Assembly (NCBI GenBank): GCA_013140805.1
Contig: JABFRW010000023.1
Location: 1-60,596 of the forward strand
Length of the DNA: 60,596 nt
Direction: 5' to 3'
From: Candidatus Eiseniibacteriota bacterium
GTDB lineage: Bacteria > Eisenbacteria > RBG-16-71-46
Positions 42,528 through 50,867 of the stretch are shown one piece after another. Position 1 is the stretch's first letter, and each line of letters opens with the position of its first letter. The translations under genes and the position numbers were made by a program. The notes under the pieces are model-generated. The model searched no databases. It worked only from the letters and a program-made list of their open reading frames with translations, and was not told where the DNA came from.

Positions 42528-43172
42528 TTGTCAGAAGAAAAGGAGTCGCTCTGGCGTCACCCGCTCCTGCACACGTTGCTCGGGGCAGTCTTGGGGGTCG
42601 CGGCGACGTTCGGTGGGACCTACTACGGCTTCCGACTCACCGTGCGGCATGAGCTTCAGAACTACCGGGACGATCTCATCCAGGCCCGGCTCGAAGAGAA
42701 CAAGTTCGACGACGCAAACGCCTCGGCGCTCGCCACGCAGCTCGAGCTCAATGAGGCCGTGGCGCGGAGTAACCTGCGGATGCTCGACGACGAGATCCGG
42801 ATCTATCCAGCCATCCGTGACCTCGTGCCGCTTGCCCCCATGCTCGAGTTTCAGGGTGTCGGACCGGGCGTGCGTTTCCCCGGGATGATTGGTCTCGATC
42901 CTGCGCTCCGAACCCAAGCGCTCAAGATCATGCTCGACGTGCGTGCGATCAACGGCAGTATCGCGCTGCGGGATGAGGTCAAGAAGTCACGCCAGTTCTC
43001 GGCTCTAGCTTTCGACGGCTCACGGCCTGGTGATCCCCAACCTGGAGACGCTGAGCGGGACTCGCTCAACAAGTACCTGCGAGATCACCATCGAAGAGTT
43101 CTGGGGCTGTCGAGTTCGTTTCTGGCTCGATTCGATTCGCTGACCCATCGCACGAGACCTGGGGAGAAGTGA
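42528..43172 (+). CDS. hypothetical single-pass membrane protein (214 aa)
   Basis: TTG start with GGAGGA upstream. One TM helix (LLHTLLGAVLGVAATFGGTYYGF), then a helical soluble region. I recognise no family. Confidence 0.5.
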   Translation: MSEEKESLWRHPLLHTLLGAVLGVAATFGGTYYGFRLTVRHELQNYRDDLIQARLEENKFDDANASALATQLELNEAVARSNLRMLDDEIRIYPAIRDLVPLAPMLEFQGVGPGVRFPGMIGLDPALRTQALKIMLDVRAINGSIALRDEVKKSRQFSALAFDGSRPGDPQPGDAERDSLNKYLRDHHRRVLGLSSSFLARFDSLTHRTRPGEK

Positions 43173-43344
43173 CCCTGGACAGTCCCGGCAGACGTGGCAA
43201 ACTGTAAAAGCTTGGCCCCAACTCGCATCGCGCGACGAACTCACCACCCAATGCTTTCAGGTATTGGTGGGTTCGTGTCTGCGGTAGTCGACTGATCCAC
43301 TATGGCGGTCGACTTCCGGGGCAATCCCGTCAGAGGGAGATCTC

Positions 43345-44310
43345 GTGGAGCTACACATGCTTCAGACTCTTGAGTACCTCGCGTTCGAAGGCGTTCCAGA
43401 TGGGGGTCTGGAACTAGACGATTATCTCCGACTCGGAACGAAGCCGGCGATCTCTAGAGAGCTGATGGAAAAGCGGTTCTTCGATCTCATCAGCAAGCGG
43501 GAGGGCGAAGAACTCGTGTCGCGGCCGAGTTTTCTCTTCAACCTGACGAGGACGACCCCTCCGAACTGTGACGAGCTGACTGGACATGCAATCACGCGGA
43601 ACTTCTTGGTTCGTTCGCAGATCTTCATGTTGGCGCTCTGGTTAGTCCGCGACAACAGCGGCAATCCGGGAAGCGTGTTCTTCATGGTCAACAACGAGGA
43701 TGGCTCGGACAATTCGCTGAGCGAGCGGCACAGCGCGTACTACTTCACCGCGGAATGCACGCTAGTTCATGCCACCTTCACGCGATCGGAGCTCGACACC
43801 GCCATCGGCTACATGAAGCAGCTCGACGCCATCATTCCAAAGGTGGCTCGTGCGCTTGAGGCGGGTCGACCAACCGGCCTGGTTCACGCCTCCCGGATCG
43901 CAAGGTGCCTATACTTTGCTCAAGCAGCTCGTGGCGCAGATGATCCGAGCGTCAAGGCGGCGTTCTACTGCATCTGCTTTGAGACCCTCTTTTCTACGGA
44001 CATTAACGGCGTGGCCCATCGCGTCGCAGAACGCTCTGCATTCTTGCTCGGAACCACTGGCACGGAGCGCCGAGAGATCTACAAGAATATCCACGACCTC
44101 TATGGGTATCGCTCAACGGTCGTGCATGGCGGTCATCTCAAGCAGAAGGATGAGGCAAAGCTTCGGGCAGTGGTTGTACTTGGGGATGCACATCTTCGAA
44201 ACGCGATCTTGAAGATCATCGAGAACGAGCCGTTGTTGAACCTGTTTGGGAAGAACGACGAAGGTGCCATTCGTGAACATTTCTTCAACGAACTGTTTCC
44301 AACGAACTGA
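43345..44310 (+). CDS. HEPN-domain protein (Abi/ApeA-like single-protein defence candidate)
   Basis: The C-terminal ~130 aa form helical HEPN-like segments with the Rx4H motif in IHDLYGYRSTVVHGG. The N-terminal ~190 aa are unassigned. The gene is markedly A/T-richer than the surrounding DNA. Confidence 0.55.
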   Translation: MELHMLQTLEYLAFEGVPDGGLELDDYLRLGTKPAISRELMEKRFFDLISKREGEELVSRPSFLFNLTRTTPPNCDELTGHAITRNFLVRSQIFMLALWLVRDNSGNPGSVFFMVNNEDGSDNSLSERHSAYYFTAECTLVHATFTRSELDTAIGYMKQLDAIIPKVARALEAGRPTGLVHASRIARCLYFAQAARGADDPSVKAAFYCICFETLFSTDINGVAHRVAERSAFLLGTTGTERREIYKNIHDLYGYRSTVVHGGHLKQKDEAKLRAVVVLGDAHLRNAILKIIENEPLLNLFGKNDEGAIREHFFNELFPTN

Positions 44311-44755
44311 GAGCGCGCTCGGCCTCCGATCCAGGCGCGGCTGAGGATAACGAGGCCTAGACGGCCCCAGTCCAGTTGCTACACTCACTTGGACTTTCCG
44401 CAGGCTCGGAACTCGGCTCAACGCCTTGAAGTTCCGCCCTAAACGCCGCCTCCGTTCCTCTCCGGCCCAAATGTCCCGCCCTGCCCCTAATGCGGCCGGC
44501 TAGCCGCCTCGCTACCGCTCGGCTCTGGCCATTTGGGCCGGACACTCACGGTCGGCCGAGCGCGCACCGCCTATCGGCCGCAACTTCGTAATGGTCGACG
44601 GCCCCGAACCCGTCCACTGAGTGCGCCGCCCTTCGGCCTCACGGCCCCAGTCAATCCGCGAGCGAGTTACTCCGACTCGCGTTCCAAGCCCTCCCCGACT
44701 GACACCGGCCATCAAGTAGGCGGGCCGATCACCGGCCCGGAAACCGGAGGGACTC

Positions 44756-44890
44756 ATGACGCAGAACCTGCAAGACGAATTGGCGAAGCTAGACGCGGAA
44801 ATCAAGGCGGACAGCGAGCGACTGAAGGCGAAGAAGAAGGCGCGGCGCCGCCTGGCAGGCGCCCTCGAGCAACTCAACCTCTCCCTTTAG
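44756..44890 (+). CDS. small coiled-coil protein (44 aa)
   Basis: GGAGGG 5 nt upstream of the ATG. MTQNLQDELAKLDAEIKADSERLKAKKKARRRLAGALEQLNLSL. Below the track size cutoff. Confidence 0.4.
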   Translation: MTQNLQDELAKLDAEIKADSERLKAKKKARRRLAGALEQLNLSL

Positions 44891-44900
44891 GGGGCAATCA

Positions 44901-44972
44901 ATGTGGGTCCTGCAGGTGCTCTTCGTCCTCGGCGTGTACGTCTGGGTCTGGGTGTACTGGTACAGGCGGTAG
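44901..44972 (+). CDS. possible 23-aa hydrophobic peptide
   Basis: The ATG is 10 nt after the preceding stop, with AGGGGG upstream. MWVLQVLFVLGVYVWVWVYWYRR. Very short, so speculative. Confidence 0.25.
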   Translation: MWVLQVLFVLGVYVWVWVYWYRR

Positions 44973-45331
44973 AAGTTCGCTTTGGCGGGTGTCTGCTCCG
45001 CAGCTTGACGGTGAAACCCGACGCTGGGCTACCGGCCCGCCGAACTCTATTTGGAGCCTCACAGACGGCTCGTAGCGTCTTCGGCCCGGAGTACCGGGCG
45101 CTCGCCTTCTCACCGATTGTTCAGCCCTGAGTTTTTCATTCGCAACGCGCATTCAAAGTAAGCCTGCCTGTAGGTCTCCCAAGCGTAGCGGTTGGGGTCC
45201 CCCGGCCGTCAATGTAGTTCGCTGCGGCGACTCCACATTGACCGCCACCCCACTAACCGCTTTTGCGCTTGAGCCCACAGGCGGCCGAGCGCCGGGGACT
45301 TTGCATCAACTCGGCGGAAAGGGATCGGCGT

Positions 45332-45442
45332 ATGGAATTCCAAGTCACGCCGGAGAGTTCGGAGTGCTGCAAAGCCCCGATGGTCGGGGGTGTGCAGTGT
45401 GAAGCGTGCGGGGCAGACGGCAAGCGAGTCGTGGAGGATTGA
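45332..45442 (+). CDS. possible 36-aa Cys-rich (zinc-ribbon-like) peptide
   Basis: MEFQVTPESSECCKAPMVGGVQCEACGADGKRVVED, ending 4 nt before the ssb ATG. Weak RBS (aaaggga). Confidence 0.3.
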   Translation: MEFQVTPESSECCKAPMVGGVQCEACGADGKRVVED

Positions 45443-45446
45443 GGCC

Positions 45447-45863
45447 ATGGACCTCAACAAAGTCACGCTCATCGGAAACGTAGTGCGCGACCCGGAGTCG
45501 AGGGTCAGCGCGTCGGGAGATGGCTCACAACGCCTCTGCCGCTTCAGCCTCGCAACGAACTACGCGTGGCAGGACGCGAAGACGAAGGCGAGGAGAGAGG
45601 CGGTCGACTTTCACGACTGCATCGCTTGGGGAAAGCTGGGCGAGATCATCGCGCAGTACGTGAGAAAGGGCTCCAAGGTGTACGTCGAAGGGCGCTTGCG
45701 GAAACGACCGTACGTCAACGCGGACGGTCAACGCCGCATGGCCAACGAGATCGTGGCGGACAACATGATCATGCTCGGGCACCGCGCGAAGGCGCCGAGC
45801 ACGGTCAACGCAACGCTTGTGTCGGACAGTGTCGACGGCAACGGCGTGGAGGAGGGTGCATGA
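45447..45863 (+). CDS. ssb: single-stranded DNA-binding protein
   Basis: GGAGG upstream of the ATG at 45447. OB-fold signature: NKVTLIGNVVRDPE...CRFSLATN...FHDCIAWGKLGEIIAQYVRKGSKVYVEGRLR. There is no canonical acidic DDDIPF tail. Confidence 0.85.
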   Translation: MDLNKVTLIGNVVRDPESRVSASGDGSQRLCRFSLATNYAWQDAKTKARREAVDFHDCIAWGKLGEIIAQYVRKGSKVYVEGRLRKRPYVNADGQRRMANEIVADNMIMLGHRAKAPSTVNATLVSDSVDGNGVEEGA

Positions 45864-46084
45864 CCTCCACCAAGCAGATGACCTGCCCGAAGAGTCCGAA
45901 CTGCTCAAGGTTTGTGGAGGAGGTCGAGGTTGAGGGAGGTGCGTCATACGTTCTCGACGCGAACTTCCGTCCCTATGAGCTCACCGACATTCGAAACGTT
46001 CGACTCGTTCACCGCTCGACAAACCGGGTTTGCGCCGTTCACGGCGTCGCTCCGTTCGTCAGACTGCCCGCGTTCGCCAGGTAG
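45860..46084 (+). CDS. hypothetical protein (74 aa)
   Basis: ATGA overlap with the ssb stop. MTSTKQMTCPKSPNCSRFVEE... No recognised family. Confidence 0.45.
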   Translation: MTSTKQMTCPKSPNCSRFVEEVEVEGGASYVLDANFRPYELTDIRNVRLVHRSTNRVCAVHGVAPFVRLPAFAR

Positions 46085-46144
46085 TCAACCGCTCCGAGGG
46101 CTCCGAAAGGGGCTCTCGGAAGCTCTCACCCACGACCCACCCTC

Positions 46145-47125
46145 ATGACCAAACTATCCAAGAATCGAACCCGGCTCCTCGAGGCCATACGCGACCTGCG
46201 GGTCGCGGACCTCGAGGTCCTCACGGCCCTGCTCGCAAGCGAGCGGGAGCCGGGACGTCATGCCTTTGGTGCCTGGGGAGTGCGGCGAGCGTGCGAAGCC
46301 TTGCTCGAGCAGGGGCTACTTCATCGCCTGTGGAAGTTCCGTGACCCCAAGTTCCGAATCAATCGCGGCTCCGCGCGTCAGGTGTTCCTGTTGAGCGGAA
46401 AGGGGGCTGTGGTTCTAGGCTCGCCCGCGGTCCGCGCCGAGAGATGGTTCGAGTACTTGAAGGATCCGCGCAAGGAATACGTACTCGAGCATGAGCTGAT
46501 GATCGCACGGTTCCATGCCGCGCTTCTGAGGGCCCAGCAGGTCAGGCCCGATCTCCTCACACTGATCGCCTGGGAACAGGGTGAAGGGACGGAGATCAAA
46601 GGCGAGGGAGTCCGAATCCGACCGGACGCGTTCTTCGTAATGCGCTCAGAGGCGGTGAGGCTCCGCTGGAACGTCTTCCTTGAAGCGGACACTGGAAATG
46701 AGCGTATCGAGAGCAGAGACAGCAAGCGTCGCACTATTGAGAAGAAGATCCGCCGCTATGGCGAGGCGGACGCGAAGGAAGTCGTGCAGCGGCAGTTCGA
46801 GGTGTCGCGCTTCAGCGTCTTGTTCATGTCACCGAGGCGTTCGGATCCGAGTGCCTTGTCTGGTCGCGAGAGCAGCATCCTGTCAGCGATCCAGAGGCAT
46901 GGTCGCATCAACGAACACGCGCTCAACTTCTACCGGGTCGTCAGCGAGACGGCCATCATCGAGGCGCTGCAGAACCCAGAGCGACTCTTCGAGGAGGTCG
47001 TGACTCACGGAAACGGTCGAGCCTACCCAATCATTGCACTTCCTGCTTCACTGAAAGCGCTGGCCGGCAGCTCGTCCAGCTCCATTCCTTCTCAGGAATT
47101 GCCTCCCACGCACGAGGCACCGTGA
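46145..47125 (+). CDS. replication-relaxation family protein (putative relaxase/initiator of the element)
   Basis: N-terminal winged-helix-like region (RLLEAIRDLRVADLEVLTALL). Core: HELMIARFHAAL...IRPDAFFVM...VFLEADTGNE...IEKKIRRY, which I recognise as the Replic_Relax pattern. Confidence 0.6.
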   Translation: MTKLSKNRTRLLEAIRDLRVADLEVLTALLASEREPGRHAFGAWGVRRACEALLEQGLLHRLWKFRDPKFRINRGSARQVFLLSGKGAVVLGSPAVRAERWFEYLKDPRKEYVLEHELMIARFHAALLRAQQVRPDLLTLIAWEQGEGTEIKGEGVRIRPDAFFVMRSEAVRLRWNVFLEADTGNERIESRDSKRRTIEKKIRRYGEADAKEVVQRQFEVSRFSVLFMSPRRSDPSALSGRESSILSAIQRHGRINEHALNFYRVVSETAIIEALQNPERLFEEVVTHGNGRAYPIIALPASLKALAGSSSSSIPSQELPPTHEAP

Positions 47126-47238
47126 GCCTTTCGGATCGCACGGGCTTTGCTCCGGAGTGCGAAAGTCCGAAGGGTGCGCCCAGGTTCCCTTACCTGCCCG
47201 ATCAGCGCGTTCCCTGATGAGAACCACTGTCGGCCGGC

Positions 47239-47279
47239 AAACGAAAGGCCCCCCGATTTCTCGAGGGGCCGTTTCGTTT
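47239..47279. terminator. bidirectional hairpin terminator between convergent genes
   Basis: aaacgaaaggcccc-(12 nt)-ggggccgtttcgttt. The A/T-rich flanks give a U-tract on both strands. It overlaps the stop of the 47278..47859 gene. Confidence 0.6.
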
Positions 47280-47859
47280 ACAGCAGCTGCCGCTTGTCGA
47301 CGTACAGCTCTTCAGGCGGCGAAGCGAACCACGGCTCAGGTGACTTCCAACCATTCCGGCGAGCGGTCAACTTCTTCATCGCCCAGTACTGCTCGCTGAG
47401 CGGCGCACGGTCACAAACGCGGGACTCGCCGTTTACCGTGAGCGTTCCGTAGTCGACCTTCTCGCCGTTCTTGACTGCTCTGCGCTTACGCTGGAAGAGA
47501 GCCCACGTCTCTTTCTCGGCATCTCTAATCGCAGCCTCGAAATCGCGTCCGAGCTTGCGATCGTTGCTGTCAAGAAAGATGGCGTGAAACGCTGCGGCCC
47601 TGGCGAGGCCGTTCATCACGACCTGCTGCGTCCGCGTGCGCTTCCACAACTCCCCTTCCTTCGTCCTGAATCCCATCGCGTTCATCAGGTCCGCCACCTT
47701 CTGGTAGGGACGCCCCCTCGGGACACCCTTGCCATTGAGTGGAATCCATCCATCACGCGAGGCGTTCAGGAACAGTGCGATGATCCAAGCCTGAGCCTTA
47801 CTCTCGCACCCGCCGCACGTCGCGAGCGTGTGCCAGTACCGCTGACCATGACGCTGCAT
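47278..47859 (-). CDS. hypothetical protein (193 aa) with a recombinase-domain-like segment
   Basis: VADLMNAMGFRTKEGELWKRTRTQQVVMN resembles the 'LN..G..T..G..W....V' segment of serine-recombinase accessory domains. There is no catalytic domain. Confidence 0.45.
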   Translation of the reverse strand: MQRHGQRYWHTLATCGGCESKAQAWIIALFLNASRDGWIPLNGKGVPRGRPYQKVADLMNAMGFRTKEGELWKRTRTQQVVMNGLARAAAFHAIFLDSNDRKLGRDFEAAIRDAEKETWALFQRKRRAVKNGEKVDYGTLTVNGESRVCDRAPLSEQYWAMKKLTARRNGWKSPEPWFASPPEELYVDKRQLL

Positions 47860-48295
47860 CTGGCCCCCGGCAAAGCCAGAGGTCGATCGCTTTCGTCATG
47901 TTCCCTCCGCCTTGCGGAGCTGGCTCTAGGACTTGGCGAGCTTCGTGCGCGGTTCTCATCTTGGCGCGTGACTGTTGACTCTTGTGCTTGCCGATCTTCC
48001 CAACGCCGAGGCTGGGTTCGATCTGCCGATAAAGGCGGGCAAGTCGTCGTTCAACAGCGGGCTACCACAAGTTGCCGCGGTGGTTCCTAACCCGACGGGG
48101 CTCCAAACATCTGATCCGTCGCTGTCACGTCCCACTGCTCTCGCCAGTCCACAACTGCCCGCACCGCCACTTATGCCGGCAGCCCTCGAGGATCGAGGCA
48201 CACCGATTATCCGAGAGCTGCCGTAGGAGAATCAAGTGTCCTGACACGCCCGCTGGAGTGAGCCGGCAATCCCGCCGGCTAACCAGGAGGCTCGA

Positions 48296-48493
48296 ATGCC
48301 TTGGTTCTTTCGGCCCCGCCGCTACCACTCCCCCCGTACCGGCTCGCCCGTCTGCGCGGGACAGCCCGGTCGCTTTCACCGCCACATCCACACCCAGCGA
48401 CGTGGCAACGGCATCCCCGCAGGCTCCCACCTCCTCCATCAGCTCTTTGTGTGCCCGCGGTGTGGCGCGCGGCACTGGAGGTACGGAGGGTGA
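48296..48493 (+). CDS. small Cys/His-rich (zinc-ribbon-like) protein, first gene of the T4CP operon
   Basis: Strong AGGAGG 5 nt upstream of the ATG. The 65-aa product contains ...PVCAGQPGRFHRH...FVCPRCGARH. Its TGA overlaps the next ATG (TGATG). Confidence 0.45.
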   Translation: MPWFFRPRRYHSPRTGSPVCAGQPGRFHRHIHTQRRGNGIPAGSHLLHQLFVCPRCGARHWRYGG

Positions 48494-48606
48494 TGGCTGA
48501 GTTCTTCAACAACGCTTGGGCTTTTGTCGTCAACGTGTCCGCCTTGGTGTTCTTGCTTTGGCTAATCGGGCAGGTCATCAAGGGCATGTTTCGAGGAGGG
48601 AAATGA
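48493..48606 (+). CDS. 37-aa single-TM peptide
   Basis: MAEFFNNAWAFVVNVSALVFLLWLIGQVIKGMFRGGK. GGAGGG upstream. ATGA overlap with the next ORF. Confidence 0.4.
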   Translation: MAEFFNNAWAFVVNVSALVFLLWLIGQVIKGMFRGGK

Positions 48607-48737
48607 TGGATCAGATCACCCTGAAGCTCTCGTCAGTACTCGACAACGCCCTCATCAGCTTGGCTGCCGGCCTGCTGATGTCCCTGGTGGCCCACTGCTG
48701 GAAGGCCATCTCCTCTCGCGCCCGGAGGTTCAAGTGA
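48603..48737 (+). CDS. 44-aa single-TM peptide
   Basis: MMDQITLKLSSVLDNALISLAAGLLMSLVAHCWKAISSRARRFK. Overlapping start/stop on both sides. Confidence 0.4.
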   Translation: MMDQITLKLSSVLDNALISLAAGLLMSLVAHCWKAISSRARRFK

Positions 48738-48913
48738 ACGACGACCTCATCGTCTACGAGCAGGACAGGTACCGGTCACTCGAGGAGTATCACCGCGCCC
48801 GTCGGGCCCAGGCGAATCTGGCGCATGCGGCCCTCGACTTCGTGCGTGAGCGTCCGGGAACGAGCCTCGTCATCGGTCTCGCGGCACTCTACATCCTCTC
48901 GCGGAGGCGCTAG
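48734..48913 (+). CDS. 59-aa protein with C-terminal TM helix
   Basis: GTGA overlap with the previous ORF. ...ERPGTSLVIGLAALYILSRRR. Confidence 0.4.
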   Translation: MNDDLIVYEQDRYRSLEEYHRARRAQANLAHAALDFVRERPGTSLVIGLAALYILSRRR

Positions 48914-49162
48914 GTGAAGTCCGTCCTGAAGTGGCTCTACCTCAAGACCTGGAAGGAGCCGAAGGACATTCGAGGCGTGGGCTGGACGATCTTGTTCTGG
49001 CTCACGCTTCTCAACGGAATTGTGTGTTCCTCGTACCTGTGCAGGACTCGCGAGGGCGCCATAGCGCTTTTGGGATTCTTCGCGTGCAGCGCGTGGCTCG
49101 ATCACCTCAACTCCAAGCCGAAGAGGCTGGGCCGAGAACTCCCGTACCGGAGGCGTCGGTGA
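48914..49162 (+). CDS. 82-aa two-TM protein (candidate detached membrane anchor of the T4CP)
   Basis: The GTG comes directly after the previous TAG. Two helices: GWTILFWLTLLNGIVCSSYL and AIALLGFFACSAWL. Its stop overlaps the GTG of the ATPase gene (GTGA). Confidence 0.45.
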   Translation: MKSVLKWLYLKTWKEPKDIRGVGWTILFWLTLLNGIVCSSYLCRTREGAIALLGFFACSAWLDHLNSKPKRLGRELPYRRRR

Positions 49163-50538
49163 ACCTGGCCTACGGACAACCGCTCGGCGGTGGGGAGGCT
49201 CGGGACATCGAACTCTCCCCTCCCGACCGCCTTCGGTCGGTCTACTTCATCGGCTCCTCCGGCTCCGGCAAGTCGTCAGCGCTCGAGACGCTCTTGGTCC
49301 AAGACATCCACGACGGCGTCGGGTTCGGCGTTTTCGACGTGGAGGATCGGTTGGTGCCGCGTGTGCTACGGCATCTGGTCGACGCCGGCAGGGAGCCGGT
49401 GCTGATCGACCCAACGATTGGTCCCAGTCGCCTCAACGTCCTTCACGTTCCCGAAGGTGTTCATCCACACACTGTCGTCGAAGGGTGCCTGCAGGCGTTC
49501 AGGCGCGCATGGTTCGATTCCTGGGGAGCAAGGCTCGAGGATCTTCTGCGCCATTCGCTCATCCTGTTCGTCGAACAAGGCCTCACTATCGCTGAACTCC
49601 CCCACTTCCTCAGCGATGCGGCCTGGCGCGAGCGTGTTGCTCAAGCGTCGCAGGATCAGCGGGCGCGCTCCTACTTTCTCGACCACCTTCGCGCGATTAG
49701 TCAGCGCGAGGTGCGTGTCTGGGTCGAGAGCACGCGCAACAAGGCGGCAGCCTTCGCCAACAATCCGTTCATTCAGCCTTCCATCGCCGCGGAGGACTGC
49801 CTCGACTTCCAGAAACTCATGGACGAAGGGCGGCCGCTCATCGTCAACCTCCCCGAGACGATTCTCGGCGATTCAGGAAAGCTCTTGGCGATGCTCATCG
49901 TGTCGAGGCTTTATCAGGCGGCTCTGCAGCGCCGAGAAGGCGCTCGTCCGTGGTTCCTGTACGCCGACGAGTTTCAGAACTTCGCAACTCGTTCGTTCAT
50001 CGACCTGGTGACCAGGAGCCGCAAGCGCGGCGTCGGATCGGTCATAGCTCACCAGACGATCAGTCAGCCGCCGTTCGACAGCAATCCCGAGTTCCTCTCC
50101 TCTCTCCTCGCGAACACTGCGGTCCATGTGGTCATGCAAGTGGGGCGCGAGGATGCGGAGCGATTCGCGAAGGAGATCTTCCCCGCCTCCGGCACCGAAG
50201 CAAAGCGCAGGAAGAAGCACTGGATGTGGGGCGACTTCGGCGACCCGCAGTTCTACTCGGTCAACGAAGAACGCGAAGCACAGTGCCGCGAACTAGAGCA
50301 TCAGCATCAGCGCGAGTGCTTCGTGAAGGTGAAGCGAAATGACGGTACAGAGGTCTTCGTGGCTCAGTCCTACGACCTACCTGAGCCTGACGCCACGCAG
50401 GAGCAGGGAGCGCACCTCGCGGCAGAGGCCGTCACCAGGTTCGCTCCAGGAGCCCCACGCGACCGTCTGGCGCGATTTCTGGCGCAGAAGCGTCGCAGAG
50501 CCGTGGACGAGGGAGAGCAGCCAGGAGAGCCCGACTAG
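49159..50538 (+). CDS. type IV coupling protein-like ATPase (TraD/TraG/VirD4 superfamily), soluble domain only
   Basis: Walker A FIGSSGSGKSS at about residue 30. Walker B-like WFLYADEFQNF. HQTISQ and RKRGVGSVIAH motifs typical of TraD/T4CP C-terminal domains. There is no N-terminal TM segment if the gene starts at the GTG at 49159. Confidence 0.75.
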   Translation: MNLAYGQPLGGGEARDIELSPPDRLRSVYFIGSSGSGKSSALETLLVQDIHDGVGFGVFDVEDRLVPRVLRHLVDAGREPVLIDPTIGPSRLNVLHVPEGVHPHTVVEGCLQAFRRAWFDSWGARLEDLLRHSLILFVEQGLTIAELPHFLSDAAWRERVAQASQDQRARSYFLDHLRAISQREVRVWVESTRNKAAAFANNPFIQPSIAAEDCLDFQKLMDEGRPLIVNLPETILGDSGKLLAMLIVSRLYQAALQRREGARPWFLYADEFQNFATRSFIDLVTRSRKRGVGSVIAHQTISQPPFDSNPEFLSSLLANTAVHVVMQVGREDAERFAKEIFPASGTEAKRRKKHWMWGDFGDPQFYSVNEEREAQCRELEHQHQRECFVKVKRNDGTEVFVAQSYDLPEPDATQEQGAHLAAEAVTRFAPGAPRDRLARFLAQKRRRAVDEGEQPGEPD

Positions 50539-50867
50539 GGGCTTGTTTTCCACAGGGTGGCTCTAGCGAGATTCCCGCATCGGCGTACCATGCAATCCGC
50601 GGCGCCTCGGCTGCGACTCCCCCCGTCCCGTGCTTGGAACGCGAGAAGAGTGTTCAGGGATCCTCTCCCTGATCGACCGAACTGAGCGGCCCCGCTGAAG
50701 CCCTCGCGCGGGCCTTACGCCCCTCCCACATCGGGGCACGGAGTGCCTGAAGGATGGCGGCGCTCGCTAGACGTCGCTCCGGCCCACACTGAACTCCGCT
50801 CTTTTCAAACAACCCTCCGTCCTCTGCCCACGCATTGTGCGCGAGCAGTCATCCGGAGGGTTCACCA

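Noticed and set aside
47860-47900. Alternative ATG at 47896 with a strong GGAGGG RBS upstream of the 47278..47859 gene
   Set aside because: It is in a different frame from the 193-aa ORF and terminates after about 33 codons. It could indicate a frameshift or a leader peptide, but I cannot support either from the sequence alone.
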